Positions 31,558-42,123 of a stretch of 64,000 nt of DNA are shown here, piece after piece. Each line of letters starts with the position of its first letter. The first letter of the stretch is position 1. Where the stretch lies: positions 64,001 to 128,000 of the forward strand of contig CAWBOS010000015.1 of the NCBI GenBank assembly GCA_963790475.1, written 5' to 3'. The notes beneath the pieces were generated by a model. The model worked only from the letters and a program-made list of their open reading frames with translations. It made no database searches and was not told where the DNA came from. The stretch comes from an uncultured delta proteobacterium (lineage in GTDB: Bacteria > Desulfobacterota > RBG-13-43-22). The position numbers and the translations under genes are program-made.

Positions 31558-33376
31558 TCAATCCAAACTCATGGGGAAGCGCACGATCATGGTGGTGGAT
31601 TTTTCCCCGACTTTGACTTCGATTTGGCCTTTAAGCAATCGGACGATACGATGGGTGATATAGATCCCCCGGCCTTGGCTTTCTCCATCCAGGAGTTTCA
31701 GCCGATCCTCTTCGGAGATCTGTCCGGCATTGGTAATCTCGGCACAAGCCCAATGTCCCTCGGCAAAGGTAGCTTATGGAAAGCGTCCCCCCCTGCCTGG
31801 GAATGGCCTTGGTGGCATTGTTGAGCAGGTTGTCTAAAATACGTTCAAGGTGAATGGCATAACAACGTACCGGTAAGGGGTCCTGGAAAGGCCCTTCCTG
31901 AAGGGTCACATTAGCCTTAAATATCTCTTTAATGACTTCTCTGTTGATCTCAAATCGCTTTTTAAGGATCTCCGTCAGATTGACAATCTGCTCCTTTCCT
32001 GCCTGATGGATGCTTAGAGCCATCTCTTGCATCCGATTGGTCTCTTCCACCAGAATATCCAGATATTTCTTGACAGAAGAGTCTTCTTTCAGCGGGGTTT
32101 CTTTGGCCAGCAGGGTTTTCAGCCTTCTGGCGAAGCCGGCTATGGCGATGGCCGGGTTCTTGAAATCATGGAGGGTATCATCCAACTGCTCCATTCTCTG
32201 GGCCTTCATAAGTTCCCGGCCTAAGAAAAGGAAGATCTCGATCTCCCACTCGCTATACCCTTGGCGCAAGTCCAAGGCATCAAAGGTCATGAAATGGGTA
32301 ACTTCTTCATCCACTTTCAGGGGGACGTAAAGAATGGAGTTAATATTATGGTTGGCCGCGAACCTCTTCAGGTTATTGGAGATTTTTTGACTTTTCTGCG
32401 GATCGATGATCAGGACATAGGAAGGGGTCACCACTTCATAGGGGGATTCCTCGGTTAGGATCTCCCTTCTCAGGGCGAGTTCGAAAGCCGGTTCACTTTT
32501 CACCAAAAAACTCTTGCCAATTCCATGATACCCGGATGTTTCCGGGTAGCCGGCCTCAAGGACCACATGCTCGTGATCCCCTGAAACCGAGAATAGGGCA
32601 CAGCTCTGGACATTGATGATATCGGCAATCTCAGGAATCACCCGGTTGAAGACCTCCTTCATCTTAACCCCTCCCCGGGAACCCATTTTCTGAAAAACCC
32701 TCTGGACAATGGTCTCCTTCTTTTCGTTGACCTTGTAAAGAGAGAGAATCTTTTTCCGGGCGATAACAAAACTGAGTCTCCGGGCCATGAGTTCCGCCAT
32801 CTGGATGTCGAGAGGCGGGAAGGACCGACCTTCTTCGGCATAATAGATCTGAATCACACCCACGGTCTCTCTCTCATGAGGGAAGAAGCGCGGTATGAGG
32901 AAAGGGACGGCCATCAAAGAGTGGGCACCTCTGCGGGTTATAACCTCTTTATCCTGATACAGAGGTTCCCCCAGAATGCTGGGGACCAGCCAGGTTTTTT
33001 TGGTCTTGATCACTTCACCGGCAATGGTGTTTTCCAGCGGGATATAGGTGGCCCGCGCCGCCTCTTGATAGGGATGCGACCCGTAGGAAAGCATCTGACC
33101 GGTATTGGGATCGTAAATTCTGACTGCTGCCGACAAAGCCCCCAGGAACTCCACCATGTACCCAGTGACCTTGGTCAGGATCTCAGGCTCGGCCAGGTCC
33201 GGGCTTATTTCGATAATCTCGTCGACCTTATGGGAAATCTCATCTAGAAAATCGGGCAGGAAGGATTGTCTCAGGTTGACCGCCAAGTGATCCCAAAAGG
33301 CTTCATCCCGAACCGGTAAAGCCCAGGGTTCATTTCGCATAGCCTTGATCAGTTTATCGATGGAACGCCCGATCAT
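31558..33376 (-). CDS. GAF-GAF sensor histidine kinase (frameshift near 31770)
   Basis: LHDFKNP H-box, LDNLLNNATK N-box; shifted frame continues GEGQGRGIYITHRIVRLLKGQIEV to a stop at 31558. Confidence 0.85.
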
Positions 33377-33391
33377 TTCAATCCTTTTCTG

Positions 33392-34036
33392 TCAATACCC
33401 CATCGGCTCACCAACCAGCTTGACATGGATCCGGTCCTTGATCATTTGACCTTCGATAATGGACCACATATTACAGATACGGGTCGGGGTCCGGCAGTCG
33501 CTGCAGATCCCGTTTTCGACACAAGGGTTGGGCAGTCCGTAGCGGATATTGTTCAAAGGGGCGGCGTGGTGTTTGACCCGTTTAAAGGCCGTATCCAGAT
33601 CGAAGACCACTTTATTCATCCCCACTACCAAAATAACTTTTTTGGGGCCGAAGGACATGGCTGCCACCCGGTTTCCCATTCCGTCCAGATTGACCAGTAT
33701 CCCGTTTAAGGTGATGGCATTGGTGCTGGAGATCATAATGTCGGCCGAAAGTCCCTTACGGCGCTGCTCCAGTCCTTCTTCCGGGGACAATTCGGGCAGG
33801 TAAGGGTCGATGACCGTAACACCCGGAAGGGCCTTCACCGCCTCCCAGAGACCGATCTCCACCAGGGAAGTCGATCCACAACGGTAGACGATCGATCCTT
33901 TGGGAATCATCTGGAGGACCTCTTCTTTGGCCTGGTTGATAGTAGGGGCGAAACTGCCGGCCATCCGTTTTTTCCCCAGTTCGGTAATAATCTGCCGGGC
34001 AACCTGTTTCTGGTATTTCTCTTTAACCGCATCCAT
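33392..34036 (-). CDS. LUD-domain (lactate utilization-like) protein
   Basis: SSTNAIT.NG.LVNLDG.GNRVAA..FGPKKV..VVG.NK; C-terminal Cys cluster. Confidence 0.88.
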   Translation of the reverse strand: MDAVKEKYQKQVARQIITELGKKRMAGSFAPTINQAKEEVLQMIPKGSIVYRCGSTSLVEIGLWEAVKALPGVTVIDPYLPELSPEEGLEQRRKGLSADIMISSTNAITLNGILVNLDGMGNRVAAMSFGPKKVILVVGMNKVVFDLDTAFKRVKHHAAPLNNIRYGLPNPCVENGICSDCRTPTRICNMWSIIEGQMIKDRIHVKLVGEPMGY

Positions 34037-34164
34037 ATTTTTCTCCTGACAAATTCTATAATAAGATTTTTCTTTTTTTTCACAAAAAATCTGGTATTAA
34101 AGTTTTATTATAGACCAAACGTTCCGATGTTCAAGTGTTATCTTACGGTAAAGGAATACATCAG

Positions 34165-34956
34165 ATGCTACCCTACCCTAACATCGATCCGGTATTGATT
34201 GCTTTCGGTCCCCTTCAGATCCGCTGGTATGGGATAATGTATCTACTGGGATTTTTATTTTCTTATATGCTGGTTCATTATCAACTGGCCCGGCAAAAAA
34301 CTAAGCTGTTGACCAATGAGCAATTGCTGGATCTTTACTTCTATTTAATCCTGGGATTGATCCTGGGAGCCCGGTTGGGATATATCCTTTTCTATAACTT
34401 GAAAGAGTATCTTCAACACCCCTGGGAATTGGTAGCCGTTTGGCATGGGGGGATGTCCTTTCACGGAGGGATGGTGGGGGTGCTGCTGGCCGCCTGGTGG
34501 TACTGTCGAAAAAGCAAAATTTCCTTTTTATCCTTGGGGGACCTCTTGGTGATTACGGCCCCTATCGGCCTGGGGCTGGGAAGGCTGGCCAACTTTATCA
34601 ACGGGGAACTTTACGGACGCATCACCACGGTCCCCTGGGGCATGGTCTTTCCTCAGGGAGGTCCAATGCCCCGCCATCCGTCTCAACTCTATGAGGCTAT
34701 TCTGGAAGGGGTTGTGCTTTTCTCCCTTTTGTGGATGAGGAAAAACAAAAAATCTTTTCAGGGGGAATTGGCAGCGGACTTTCTGATCCTCTATGGACTG
34801 TTCCGAATCTTGATCGAATTCTTTAGGCAACCGGATGTCCAGGTAGGTTACCTTTGGGGATTATTTACCATGGGCCAGTTGCTCAGCAGCCTGATGATCT
34901 TAGGGGGAGGGTGTTTCATATTTATCGGACTGCGAATCACAAAGACCCGTAAATGA
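34165..34956 (+). CDS. lgt: Prolipoprotein diacylglyceryl transferase
   Basis: IRWYG, GARLGY, GGMSFHGG, GRLANFINGELYGR, HPSQLYE. Confidence 0.97.
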   Translation: MLPYPNIDPVLIAFGPLQIRWYGIMYLLGFLFSYMLVHYQLARQKTKLLTNEQLLDLYFYLILGLILGARLGYILFYNLKEYLQHPWELVAVWHGGMSFHGGMVGVLLAAWWYCRKSKISFLSLGDLLVITAPIGLGLGRLANFINGELYGRITTVPWGMVFPQGGPMPRHPSQLYEAILEGVVLFSLLWMRKNKKSFQGELAADFLILYGLFRILIEFFRQPDVQVGYLWGLFTMGQLLSSLMILGGGCFIFIGLRITKTRK

Positions 34957-35131
34957 TAACGGATCGATTCCATTCAAAGCAAGACTATTCCATCACCGTC
35001 TGGGTTTTTTCGACCACTCCCCTGAATGTTGAAAATAGTATTATTTTTGGATATAAAAAATCGATTAACGATAAATCCAATAACCCGGGTTTGGAAAAAA
35101 TCACCTTGGACCCGAAAGGAGCAGGCCCATC

Positions 35132-35547
35132 AAAGACAAGAAAAAGAAACTGACCACCGGGAACGGCGCCCCAGTTGTGGACAACCAGAATACTATGACC
35201 GCGGGACCTCGTGGTCCGGTTCTGCTGCAGGATGTCTGGTATCTTGAGAAACTCACCCATTTCGATCGGGAGGTGATCCCCGAGCGACGGATGCACTGGA
35301 GAGGGCGGCGGATCATTGGAATTACCGTGAAGACGATAATGACTACTACACCCAGCCCGGCAAGCTCTTCCGTCTGATGAGCCCGGCACAGAAGAAGGTC
35401 CTCTTTGAAAACACCACTCGCTCCATAGCCGATGCGCCCAAAGAGATCAAGGTCCGTCACATCGGCAACTGCCTGAAGGCTGACGATGTCTATGGTAAGG
35501 GGGTGGCTAAAGCACTGGGAATCCCGCTGAGCGGAGTCCCCAAATAG
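35132..35547 (+). pseudogene. katA: Monofunctional catalase remnant: N- and C-termini joined, core deleted
   Basis: [52 protein letters not shown] joined out of frame near 35296 to [25 protein letters not shown]...[22 protein letters not shown]. Confidence 0.9.
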
Positions 35548-35847
35548 GGGATCAATCGACCCACTTCTAAGGAGTATAACGATCCTTCAAAATTATTTTA
35601 CTCCTTAATCCAAGAGCACCCAATGAATTTTTCCTGATCTAATAAGAATTTTAGCTATGGCTCCTTTTTAAACGTGGTTCTGGCCGGATTTGAAAACGGC
35701 CTTTTCTTAAAGAGATACGCTGGACGGTGACAAACGGATTTTCATGTTATGATTCCCTACCGAAGGGATGAGCATGGTTAGAGAAGGCCTGTTTTTCTTT
35801 AGAAAAGTGCAACAGTATAGACCTGACCCCATGCAGAAAGGTGATTG

Positions 35848-36843
35848 ATGACTTTTTCCACAAATTCAAAGCCTACTGCCCTGGTTGATCCCTCTCGAAC
35901 ACGCTTCCTCCAGTATCTTGCTGCGAAAAAGTCGGTCGATGACCGCTCCCTTAACAAGCGGGTTTGGGATACCCTCCGTCAGACCCTCGCCCCTTCAGAA
36001 TTGCAGAAACCCATCACCATCTTCGAAGCGGGATGTGGCATCGGTACCATGATAGAAAGGCTGATCGATTGGGACCTGATAACCAATGGGCATTATACTG
36101 GCGTCGATGCAGCACCCGAATGCCTGACCGAGGCGCTCGTGAGGCTTCGTCGCCATGGAGAAAAATTAAGCCTGGAAGTCATCGACGAAAGAGCCGATAG
36201 GATTGCCATTCGGAACCGGCGTTTTTCTCTGGTGATCGAACTCGTGGCTATGGACCTGGTTGATTACCTCAAAATCAACAGGGACTCCCGCTCCTTTGAT
36301 CTCATCATCGCCCACGCCTTCCTTGACCTTGTCGATCTGGAAACGACCTTGCCCCTTCTCCTCTCTTCGGTCCGCCCTGGAGGGTTGTGTTACCTTACCC
36401 TCAACTTCGATGGAATGACCGTCTTTGAGCCGGTCGTGGATCGAGCCCTGGACAAAGAGATCGAACGGCTCTACCATGAGACCATGGACAAGAGATACCA
36501 GGGCGGCCCCGGCACCGGGGGGAGCCGCACCGGCCGAACCTTGCTGACGATCTTAAGATATCACGGGGTCCGAATCATCGATTCAGGTAGTTCGGACTGG
36601 CTATGTTTTGCCCGTGATGGTGGCTACGAGGGAATGGAATCCTTTTTTCTCCACTTTATTGTGGATACCGTTAAGGAGGCCCTGTCCGGAAACCCCGGTC
36701 TTGACCAGCAGCAGTTTTTACAATGGGTGGACAAAAGGCATAAGCAAATCGACAGGGGTGAACTCATTTATATTGCCCACCAACTCGATGTTTTGGGACA
36801 GGTTATCAGGCCTCCAGAGACAATTAGGAAACCGATCCTCTGA
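35848..36843 (+). CDS. Class I SAM-dependent methyltransferase
   Basis: YLAAKKSVDDRSLN, EAGCGIGTM, DLIIAHAFLDL, HQLD. Confidence 0.85.
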   Translation: MTFSTNSKPTALVDPSRTRFLQYLAAKKSVDDRSLNKRVWDTLRQTLAPSELQKPITIFEAGCGIGTMIERLIDWDLITNGHYTGVDAAPECLTEALVRLRRHGEKLSLEVIDERADRIAIRNRRFSLVIELVAMDLVDYLKINRDSRSFDLIIAHAFLDLVDLETTLPLLLSSVRPGGLCYLTLNFDGMTVFEPVVDRALDKEIERLYHETMDKRYQGGPGTGGSRTGRTLLTILRYHGVRIIDSGSSDWLCFARDGGYEGMESFFLHFIVDTVKEALSGNPGLDQQQFLQWVDKRHKQIDRGELIYIAHQLDVLGQVIRPPETIRKPIL

Positions 36844-36985
36844 CCGCTAAGCGGTCGAGTTTCACATTCCAATCCCATAAAAACCGGGTCGCTTAACACC
36901 CTATGGCACTGTGACACCCACTTCGATCTTCTTCGCGATTTGGGCCCAGAGATCAACTTAGATTGTAGCAGGGGAATCAGCAAGG

Positions 36986-37768
36986 ATGGCATCTGAGGCA
37001 TTTTTTCACCAAAGGATTATTCGGGAATTCCTTCCTCTTTACCTTATGCCTCTCTTGTTGGTAACCGGGGCCTCCGAAATCCTGTCTCTTAATTGGACAA
37101 TGGATTACGGTTTTAGGTGGGCCATGGTCACAACGACCATTTTTCTCTTTGAAATTCTTCTAGTCCATCTCGTGCGCTTTCGCCTCAATAATGCCCATCA
37201 TGAACGGCAGCGACTTGCCCTCGGCACACCGGATTACATTACCTTGACCCGGGGATTCTTTCTGGCCTGTTCCGGAGGATTTATCGCCGTCCCCAGGCCG
37301 CAGGGATGGTTGGGCTGGGCCCCTGGTCTACTCTACCTGATGGCTATCAGCGGGGACAGTCTCGATGGATATTTGGCCCGCAAGTTGAAAAGATCAACCC
37401 TTTTTGGCGAGCTTCTCGATATTCAGTTTGATGCTCTGGGAACGTTGCTGGGCACAATCCTCGCTCTTCTTTATGGGCAAATCCCCGCCTGGTATCTTCT
37501 GGTGGGCTTCGGCTATTATATTTTAATTGTAGGAACCTGGGCTCGGAGGACCTGCGGACTGAAATCATACCCGCTAACGAAAAACACCTTCAGAAGAATT
37601 GCCGGCGGTACCAATTCGATTTTCCTCTCTCTGGCCGTAACACCTGCCTTACCCCCAAGGGTTACTGCCCTCATAGCCTATCCCTTCTTGGCCTTGATGG
37701 CCACCAGCTTCTTAAAGGACTGGTTCGCGGTCATTGGCCAAGGCAAAAACCATCGGAGGTCTGCATGA
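36986..37768 (+). CDS. CDP-alcohol phosphatidyltransferase family protein
   Basis: DYITLTR and DSLDGYLAR....T.FG..LD...D signature. Confidence 0.9.
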   Translation: MASEAFFHQRIIREFLPLYLMPLLLVTGASEILSLNWTMDYGFRWAMVTTTIFLFEILLVHLVRFRLNNAHHERQRLALGTPDYITLTRGFFLACSGGFIAVPRPQGWLGWAPGLLYLMAISGDSLDGYLARKLKRSTLFGELLDIQFDALGTLLGTILALLYGQIPAWYLLVGFGYYILIVGTWARRTCGLKSYPLTKNTFRRIAGGTNSIFLSLAVTPALPPRVTALIAYPFLALMATSFLKDWFAVIGQGKNHRRSA

Positions 37769-37872
37769 ACACCGCCCTGGAAATCTTTTACAACCCTTTC
37801 CAAGTCACGAAGGGTTGGAGGTTATCGAGGCCTTAAGGGTCCCGTGTCTACTCCCTAATCATAGGCAGCCAA

Positions 37873-38673
37873 TTAATAGGAATAGGTGACAGCGGCTCCC
37901 ACAGAAAACCGTTCGGAATATTGTCCTTCAACATTCAGATGGAATCCCCGGGCGAGTGGCAGGTAAATACCGGCAAATCCCCCCAGGTTTGTCCCGCTAT
38001 GAATCCTGAAGTCCCCCGGTTCAGAAGTCAAACCGGGGATGTTTGAGGACGAAGATACCGTGGCTTCCGAATAGCGGGCATAAGGTCCGACATAGAGTTT
38101 CAGCCCAGGAGGAACCGTGACTTGAAAGCCAAGACCGAAATTCACATCCCATAAGTGTCTTACCTTAAATTCGGTTGCAAAGGGGGCGCCGTTAGAAGTC
38201 CCGGAAACATGATCGGTGAAATCCCCGAAATAGGTGGAACCCTGTATGAAAGCCCCGATGCCGAAAATCTCCTTGAAAGGATAGAACCCTTTTGCCCCCA
38301 TCGTACCGAACCAATTCCAGCTATCTTCAAAATCATTTTTGGAAGTCACTGTCGAAGCCTGGGTGGAACGGAAGGCATCGGAAATTTTCAAATCGGATAC
38401 CCCGATTCGCCCAAAAATTTCCCAATTTTTTTTCCCATAACCTAACTGGGAATAACCTTGATTTTGTCTGAATACCTGCTCTTTCCCATTCTGGTATTCA
38501 CCCTCGTAGTGCCAATAGCCGATAGCCGTAGCCAATCCCCCTTCTTTTTTGGAAAGGGGCTGGGGTGGGCCAAATAGTCCTTCTGCACCCGCCATCCCCT
38601 GGAGGGTAAAGAATATGAAAACGGATACCCCAATCACTTTAACCCCTTTCATCAGGAATTGCCCTTTCCTCAT
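37873..38673 (-). CDS. Outer-membrane beta-barrel protein
   Basis: Signal peptide, alternating beta-strands, aromatic C-terminus (AVTYSY). Confidence 0.72.
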   Translation of the reverse strand: MRKGQFLMKGVKVIGVSVFIFFTLQGMAGAEGLFGPPQPLSKKEGGLATAIGYWHYEGEYQNGKEQVFRQNQGYSQLGYGKKNWEIFGRIGVSDLKISDAFRSTQASTVTSKNDFEDSWNWFGTMGAKGFYPFKEIFGIGAFIQGSTYFGDFTDHVSGTSNGAPFATEFKVRHLWDVNFGLGFQVTVPPGLKLYVGPYARYSEATVSSSSNIPGLTSEPGDFRIHSGTNLGGFAGIYLPLARGFHLNVEGQYSERFSVGAAVTYSY

Positions 38674-38750
38674 AGATTCACCCCTTCCACAACACAAAAA
38701 TCAGAGCAACGAAATGAAGGCCCGTCTGGTCGGGTGGCTTCTTTTAACCC

Positions 38751-39773
38751 TTACCTCACTCCCCCCGGTTTGGGGGGTTCGGGTTTTCCTTTCCCCGCTT
38801 CGACTTTCTTCAGCCGGTATTGGGTATAGGCATCGCGCAGCGCAACATAGGGATCAATGGCCGCCTCTTTGAGAGATTCATAGTCACCGATGCTTAAGGA
38901 GGTATCGTTCACCTCCTCGTAGGCCCTGACGGCTAACCAGTCGTACCAGGGAGTAATATAGCTGACCGGAAACAGGAAATAATCACCTACGATTCTTATG
39001 GAGTCCCTTGCGCTGTATGGACCAAGAAACGGCCAGACTATGTAGAAACCCTGTCCCACTCCATAAATTCCCAGGGTTTGACCCAGGTCGGCGTCCTGAT
39101 TCGGGATCTTGAGTTGCTCGCTTGATGAAGGATCCAAAAATCCTCCCACCCCCCAGACCGTGTTTACTAAGAAACGGCCCAGCTGTGCGGCTGCCCCTTT
39201 GAAGTCTGCCCGGAGCAGGCAACTGACGAAGCGAGCCGGGAATCCGAGATTGGAGAAAAAATTCTGCACGCCTACCCGCGCGGGCTCGGGAACGACTTTG
39301 TTGTATCCCTGGGCCACGGGTTTGAGCAACCAGAAATACAGCTTGTCGTTGAAGTGGAACATGGCCCGGTTGAAGGGCTCCAGCGGATCCGGAATCGTTG
39401 TTTGCTCTTTCTTCTCCCCTTCGCCTTCGGGATTTTCCTTGAGATCGGCACTCTCGGTTCCCGGTTGTGCTGATATCTCCGGGGAGGCGGGCGGATCGGA
39501 GATCGGGGCCGCCTCATCTCCTGCCCCCGTCAGCCCTTCCGTAAGGTTCTTCCCGCCCTCGGTGTTTCCATGCATCCTCGACACCTCAGAGGATTTCAGA
39601 CTAAGCGGCTCTGAACCGGAAGCCACCATGACCACCCTGGGCTGAGAAGGCACATCGGATGATGGAGATGAATAGGAAGGAGCAGGGGAAGGGCGGTGAG
39701 CACAGCCCAGGGTGAGAAAAGCCAAAAGTAAAACCAGAGATGAAAAACGTTTCATTGTGTGTATGCCCTTCAC
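38751..39773 (-). CDS. mlaA: VacJ/MlaA lipoprotein
   Basis: Lipobox LTLGC, DPLEPFNRAMFHFND, DLGQTLG, DPYVALRDAY. Confidence 0.93.
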   Translation of the reverse strand: MKGIHTMKRFSSLVLLLAFLTLGCAHRPSPAPSYSSPSSDVPSQPRVVMVASGSEPLSLKSSEVSRMHGNTEGGKNLTEGLTGAGDEAAPISDPPASPEISAQPGTESADLKENPEGEGEKKEQTTIPDPLEPFNRAMFHFNDKLYFWLLKPVAQGYNKVVPEPARVGVQNFFSNLGFPARFVSCLLRADFKGAAAQLGRFLVNTVWGVGGFLDPSSSEQLKIPNQDADLGQTLGIYGVGQGFYIVWPFLGPYSARDSIRIVGDYFLFPVSYITPWYDWLAVRAYEEVNDTSLSIGDYESLKEAAIDPYVALRDAYTQYRLKKVEAGKGKPEPPKPGGVR

Positions 39774-39792
39774 TTTACTTCTTTCCGACCAA

Positions 39793-40383
39793 TTACTCCT
39801 TCACCTTTTTTCGCAAAATCTCAAGCAACTGATTGGGCGTATTTTTCGCCAGGATGGTGTTGAACTGGCTACGATAGTTCTGGACCAGGCTGACATTCTC
39901 AATGACCACATCATATACTTTCCAGGCGCCGTTCTTCTGGATCACTCTGTAAGAAATAGGGATTTCTTTTGAGGCACTGACCACTTTCGTCTGGACCTCG
40001 GCCTGATTGCTGGCCAGCATGTTTTCTTTAACGAAAACAATTTTCTCGTTGGTATAAGAAAGGATCTTATCAATGTAGGCCTTTTCCAGTACCTGTCGAT
40101 AGAGCTGGGTGAACTCCTGTTGCTGGGTAGAGTTCAGTTTGCTCCAATTAACCCCCAGGGTCCGCCTGGACAGTTCGACTTCATCGAACATCTGTACATA
40201 GATCGCCTCGAGTTTCTCTTTTTTGATCTTTTTGGCCGATTCGGCTTTGAGCTTTGGATCGCGAAGCACATCGAGCACTTTGTTGACATTGGTCTGAATC
40301 TGGTCAAGCGGTGCGCCGGCATAAACCGGAAGAACAGCCAGAAAGAAAAACAAAATACCCAACCATTTTAAATGTTTCATCAT
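39793..40383 (-). CDS. mlaC: MlaC/Ttg2D periplasmic phospholipid shuttle
   Basis: WKVYDVVIENVSLVQNYRSQF. Confidence 0.93.
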   Translation of the reverse strand: MMKHLKWLGILFFFLAVLPVYAGAPLDQIQTNVNKVLDVLRDPKLKAESAKKIKKEKLEAIYVQMFDEVELSRRTLGVNWSKLNSTQQQEFTQLYRQVLEKAYIDKILSYTNEKIVFVKENMLASNQAEVQTKVVSASKEIPISYRVIQKNGAWKVYDVVIENVSLVQNYRSQFNTILAKNTPNQLLEILRKKVKE

Positions 40384-40419
40384 TTTTCCACCTTTCTGAT
40401 TTTTTAGGCCCTTTGATTA

Positions 40420-40872
40420 CTACTTCTTTACCTCACCGAAGGCATACTTGCCGATCAGGCTGGCGATATCGATGGGCGGCTGCGTTTCAATGATGGTTCC
40501 ACCGGGTCCAAGGGGTTTTCCTTCGCCCCCGGGATCTATGCTGAGATACATGTCACCAATCAACCCCTCGGTCTTGATGGAGGCAATGGCATCGTCATAG
40601 ACCTTGACCCCTTTTTGAACCCTTATTTCCACCACTGCCCTCTGATTCTTCTGGTCCATGGTGAGTCGTTCCACCCGCCCGACCTCAATCCCTAACATAC
40701 TCACGGGGCTGCCGGCTCTCAAGCCGCTCACCGTAGTGAATCGGGCGAAGAGAGAGTAGGCGTTGTCGCCCAGCAAGGAAACATGACCGAGTTTCAAGGT
40801 CATATACCCGATACAGAGCAGACCGAAAACGAGAAAGAGTCCGACGGTTGTCTCCATGGCGTACTTTTTCAT
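40420..40872 (-). CDS. mlaD: MCE-domain protein MlaD
   Basis: ETTVGLF, SGLRAGSPV..GIEVGRV, IKTEGLIGD.Y. Confidence 0.94.
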   Translation of the reverse strand: MKKYAMETTVGLFLVFGLLCIGYMTLKLGHVSLLGDNAYSLFARFTTVSGLRAGSPVSMLGIEVGRVERLTMDQKNQRAVVEIRVQKGVKVYDDAIASIKTEGLIGDMYLSIDPGGEGKPLGPGGTIIETQPPIDIASLIGKYAFGEVKK

Positions 40873-40875
40873 TGA

Positions 40876-42117
40876 CTACCTCCTCAGGTCGCACCGAATA
40901 CGGGCAATTTCTTTCTGTTGTTGTTTGGCAGAATTGATGACTTGATCCATTTCGGCACCAGGTTGGCCCTGGGCTATTCCGGCCAGGATAGAGAATTCAA
41001 TGCATAACCCGGTTGGGGCTCGCCAGCCGGCGGACCAAAAATTTTGAATTCCCTGTTCTTGAAAATCCTTAACAAAATCCTTCAGCATGGTCTCGGTCTC
41101 AGTCAGATCCGAATAGGGGAGCACCGTAACAAATTCATTGATGTGGCGGCGGGAGGAAAAACCCCCTATGGCCCCAAAATGTTTATCGATATATAGGCCC
41201 ATACGCCGGATGGCCTCCTTTGATGCTTCGTGACCTAAGCCGGAAATTATAATGTCCAGTCCTTCCAGAATAAAAACCACCACAGTATAAGTTTCCCCCA
41301 TGGCCTTCTGCTTCAACTGAGCATGATATAGTACTTTGAACTGCCGTTTGGAGTACAGGCCTGTTAATTCTTCCTGCAACCCCTCCAGGCTGTGGATGAC
41401 TTCATCTTTGAAGGGGTGGTCGAAATTTTCAAGTTCCTCCGGCGTGCCTTGAAAAACAATCTCTCGTTCATAGAGGGCCAGAATGCGGTTGGAGATAAAG
41501 TAGACACCGGGAATCTCATGGCTGACCAGGATCGCGGTAAAATTTAATTTTCTCTGATACTGAGCAATCATACTCAGGATGGCGTTTTTACGGACGGGAT
41601 CCTGGCCGGAGGTGGGTTCATCAAAGAGGACTATCTGGGGATCGGTTACCAGGGCCCGGGCCAGGGCCACCCGTTTCTGCATACCTCCAGAGAGTTCGGA
41701 AGGGTACTTGCCGGCCGCATCCTCGAGTTCAGTCTGTTCAACTCTGGCTATAACTTTGAGATCTATTTCATTCTTTTTCAGGTTTGTCGTTTCCCGGAGG
41801 GGCAGCGCGATATTGTCATAGACGGTCATGGAGTCGAAGAGGGCGTTGTCTTGAAACATGTAACTGATCCGGGCCAGCTGGGTGGACTTTTCTTTTTTGG
41901 TCATCCGGTCGAGGGGCTTACCCCGGAAGAAAATAGTCCCTTCATCGGGTTTAAGCAGCCCGATGATATGTTTGAGGAGCACGCTCTTTCCTGAACCACT
42001 GAGGCCGATAATCGTCGTGACCTGTCCTTCATAGATCTGCAGGTTAACCCGATCGAAGACGGTTCGGGATCCGAAGCGCTTGGTGACATCCTTGAATTCA
42101 ATCAACGGGGTATCCAT
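40876..42117 (-). CDS. mlaF: MlaF ABC ATPase with about 170-aa C-terminal extension
   Basis: GLSGSGKS, LSGGMQKRVALAR, FDEPTSGQDP; extra domain starting EELTGLYSKR. Confidence 0.9.
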   Translation of the reverse strand: MDTPLIEFKDVTKRFGSRTVFDRVNLQIYEGQVTTIIGLSGSGKSVLLKHIIGLLKPDEGTIFFRGKPLDRMTKKEKSTQLARISYMFQDNALFDSMTVYDNIALPLRETTNLKKNEIDLKVIARVEQTELEDAAGKYPSELSGGMQKRVALARALVTDPQIVLFDEPTSGQDPVRKNAILSMIAQYQRKLNFTAILVSHEIPGVYFISNRILALYEREIVFQGTPEELENFDHPFKDEVIHSLEGLQEELTGLYSKRQFKVLYHAQLKQKAMGETYTVVVFILEGLDIIISGLGHEASKEAIRRMGLYIDKHFGAIGGFSSRRHINEFVTVLPYSDLTETETMLKDFVKDFQEQGIQNFWSAGWRAPTGLCIEFSILAGIAQGQPGAEMDQVINSAKQQQKEIARIRCDLRR

Positions 42118-42123
42118 GGATCC

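Noticed and set aside
35815-35830. AGACCTGACCCC-like words (also near 13279 and 43177) as transposase-associated ends
   Set aside because: Degenerate and isolated, with no associated transposase.
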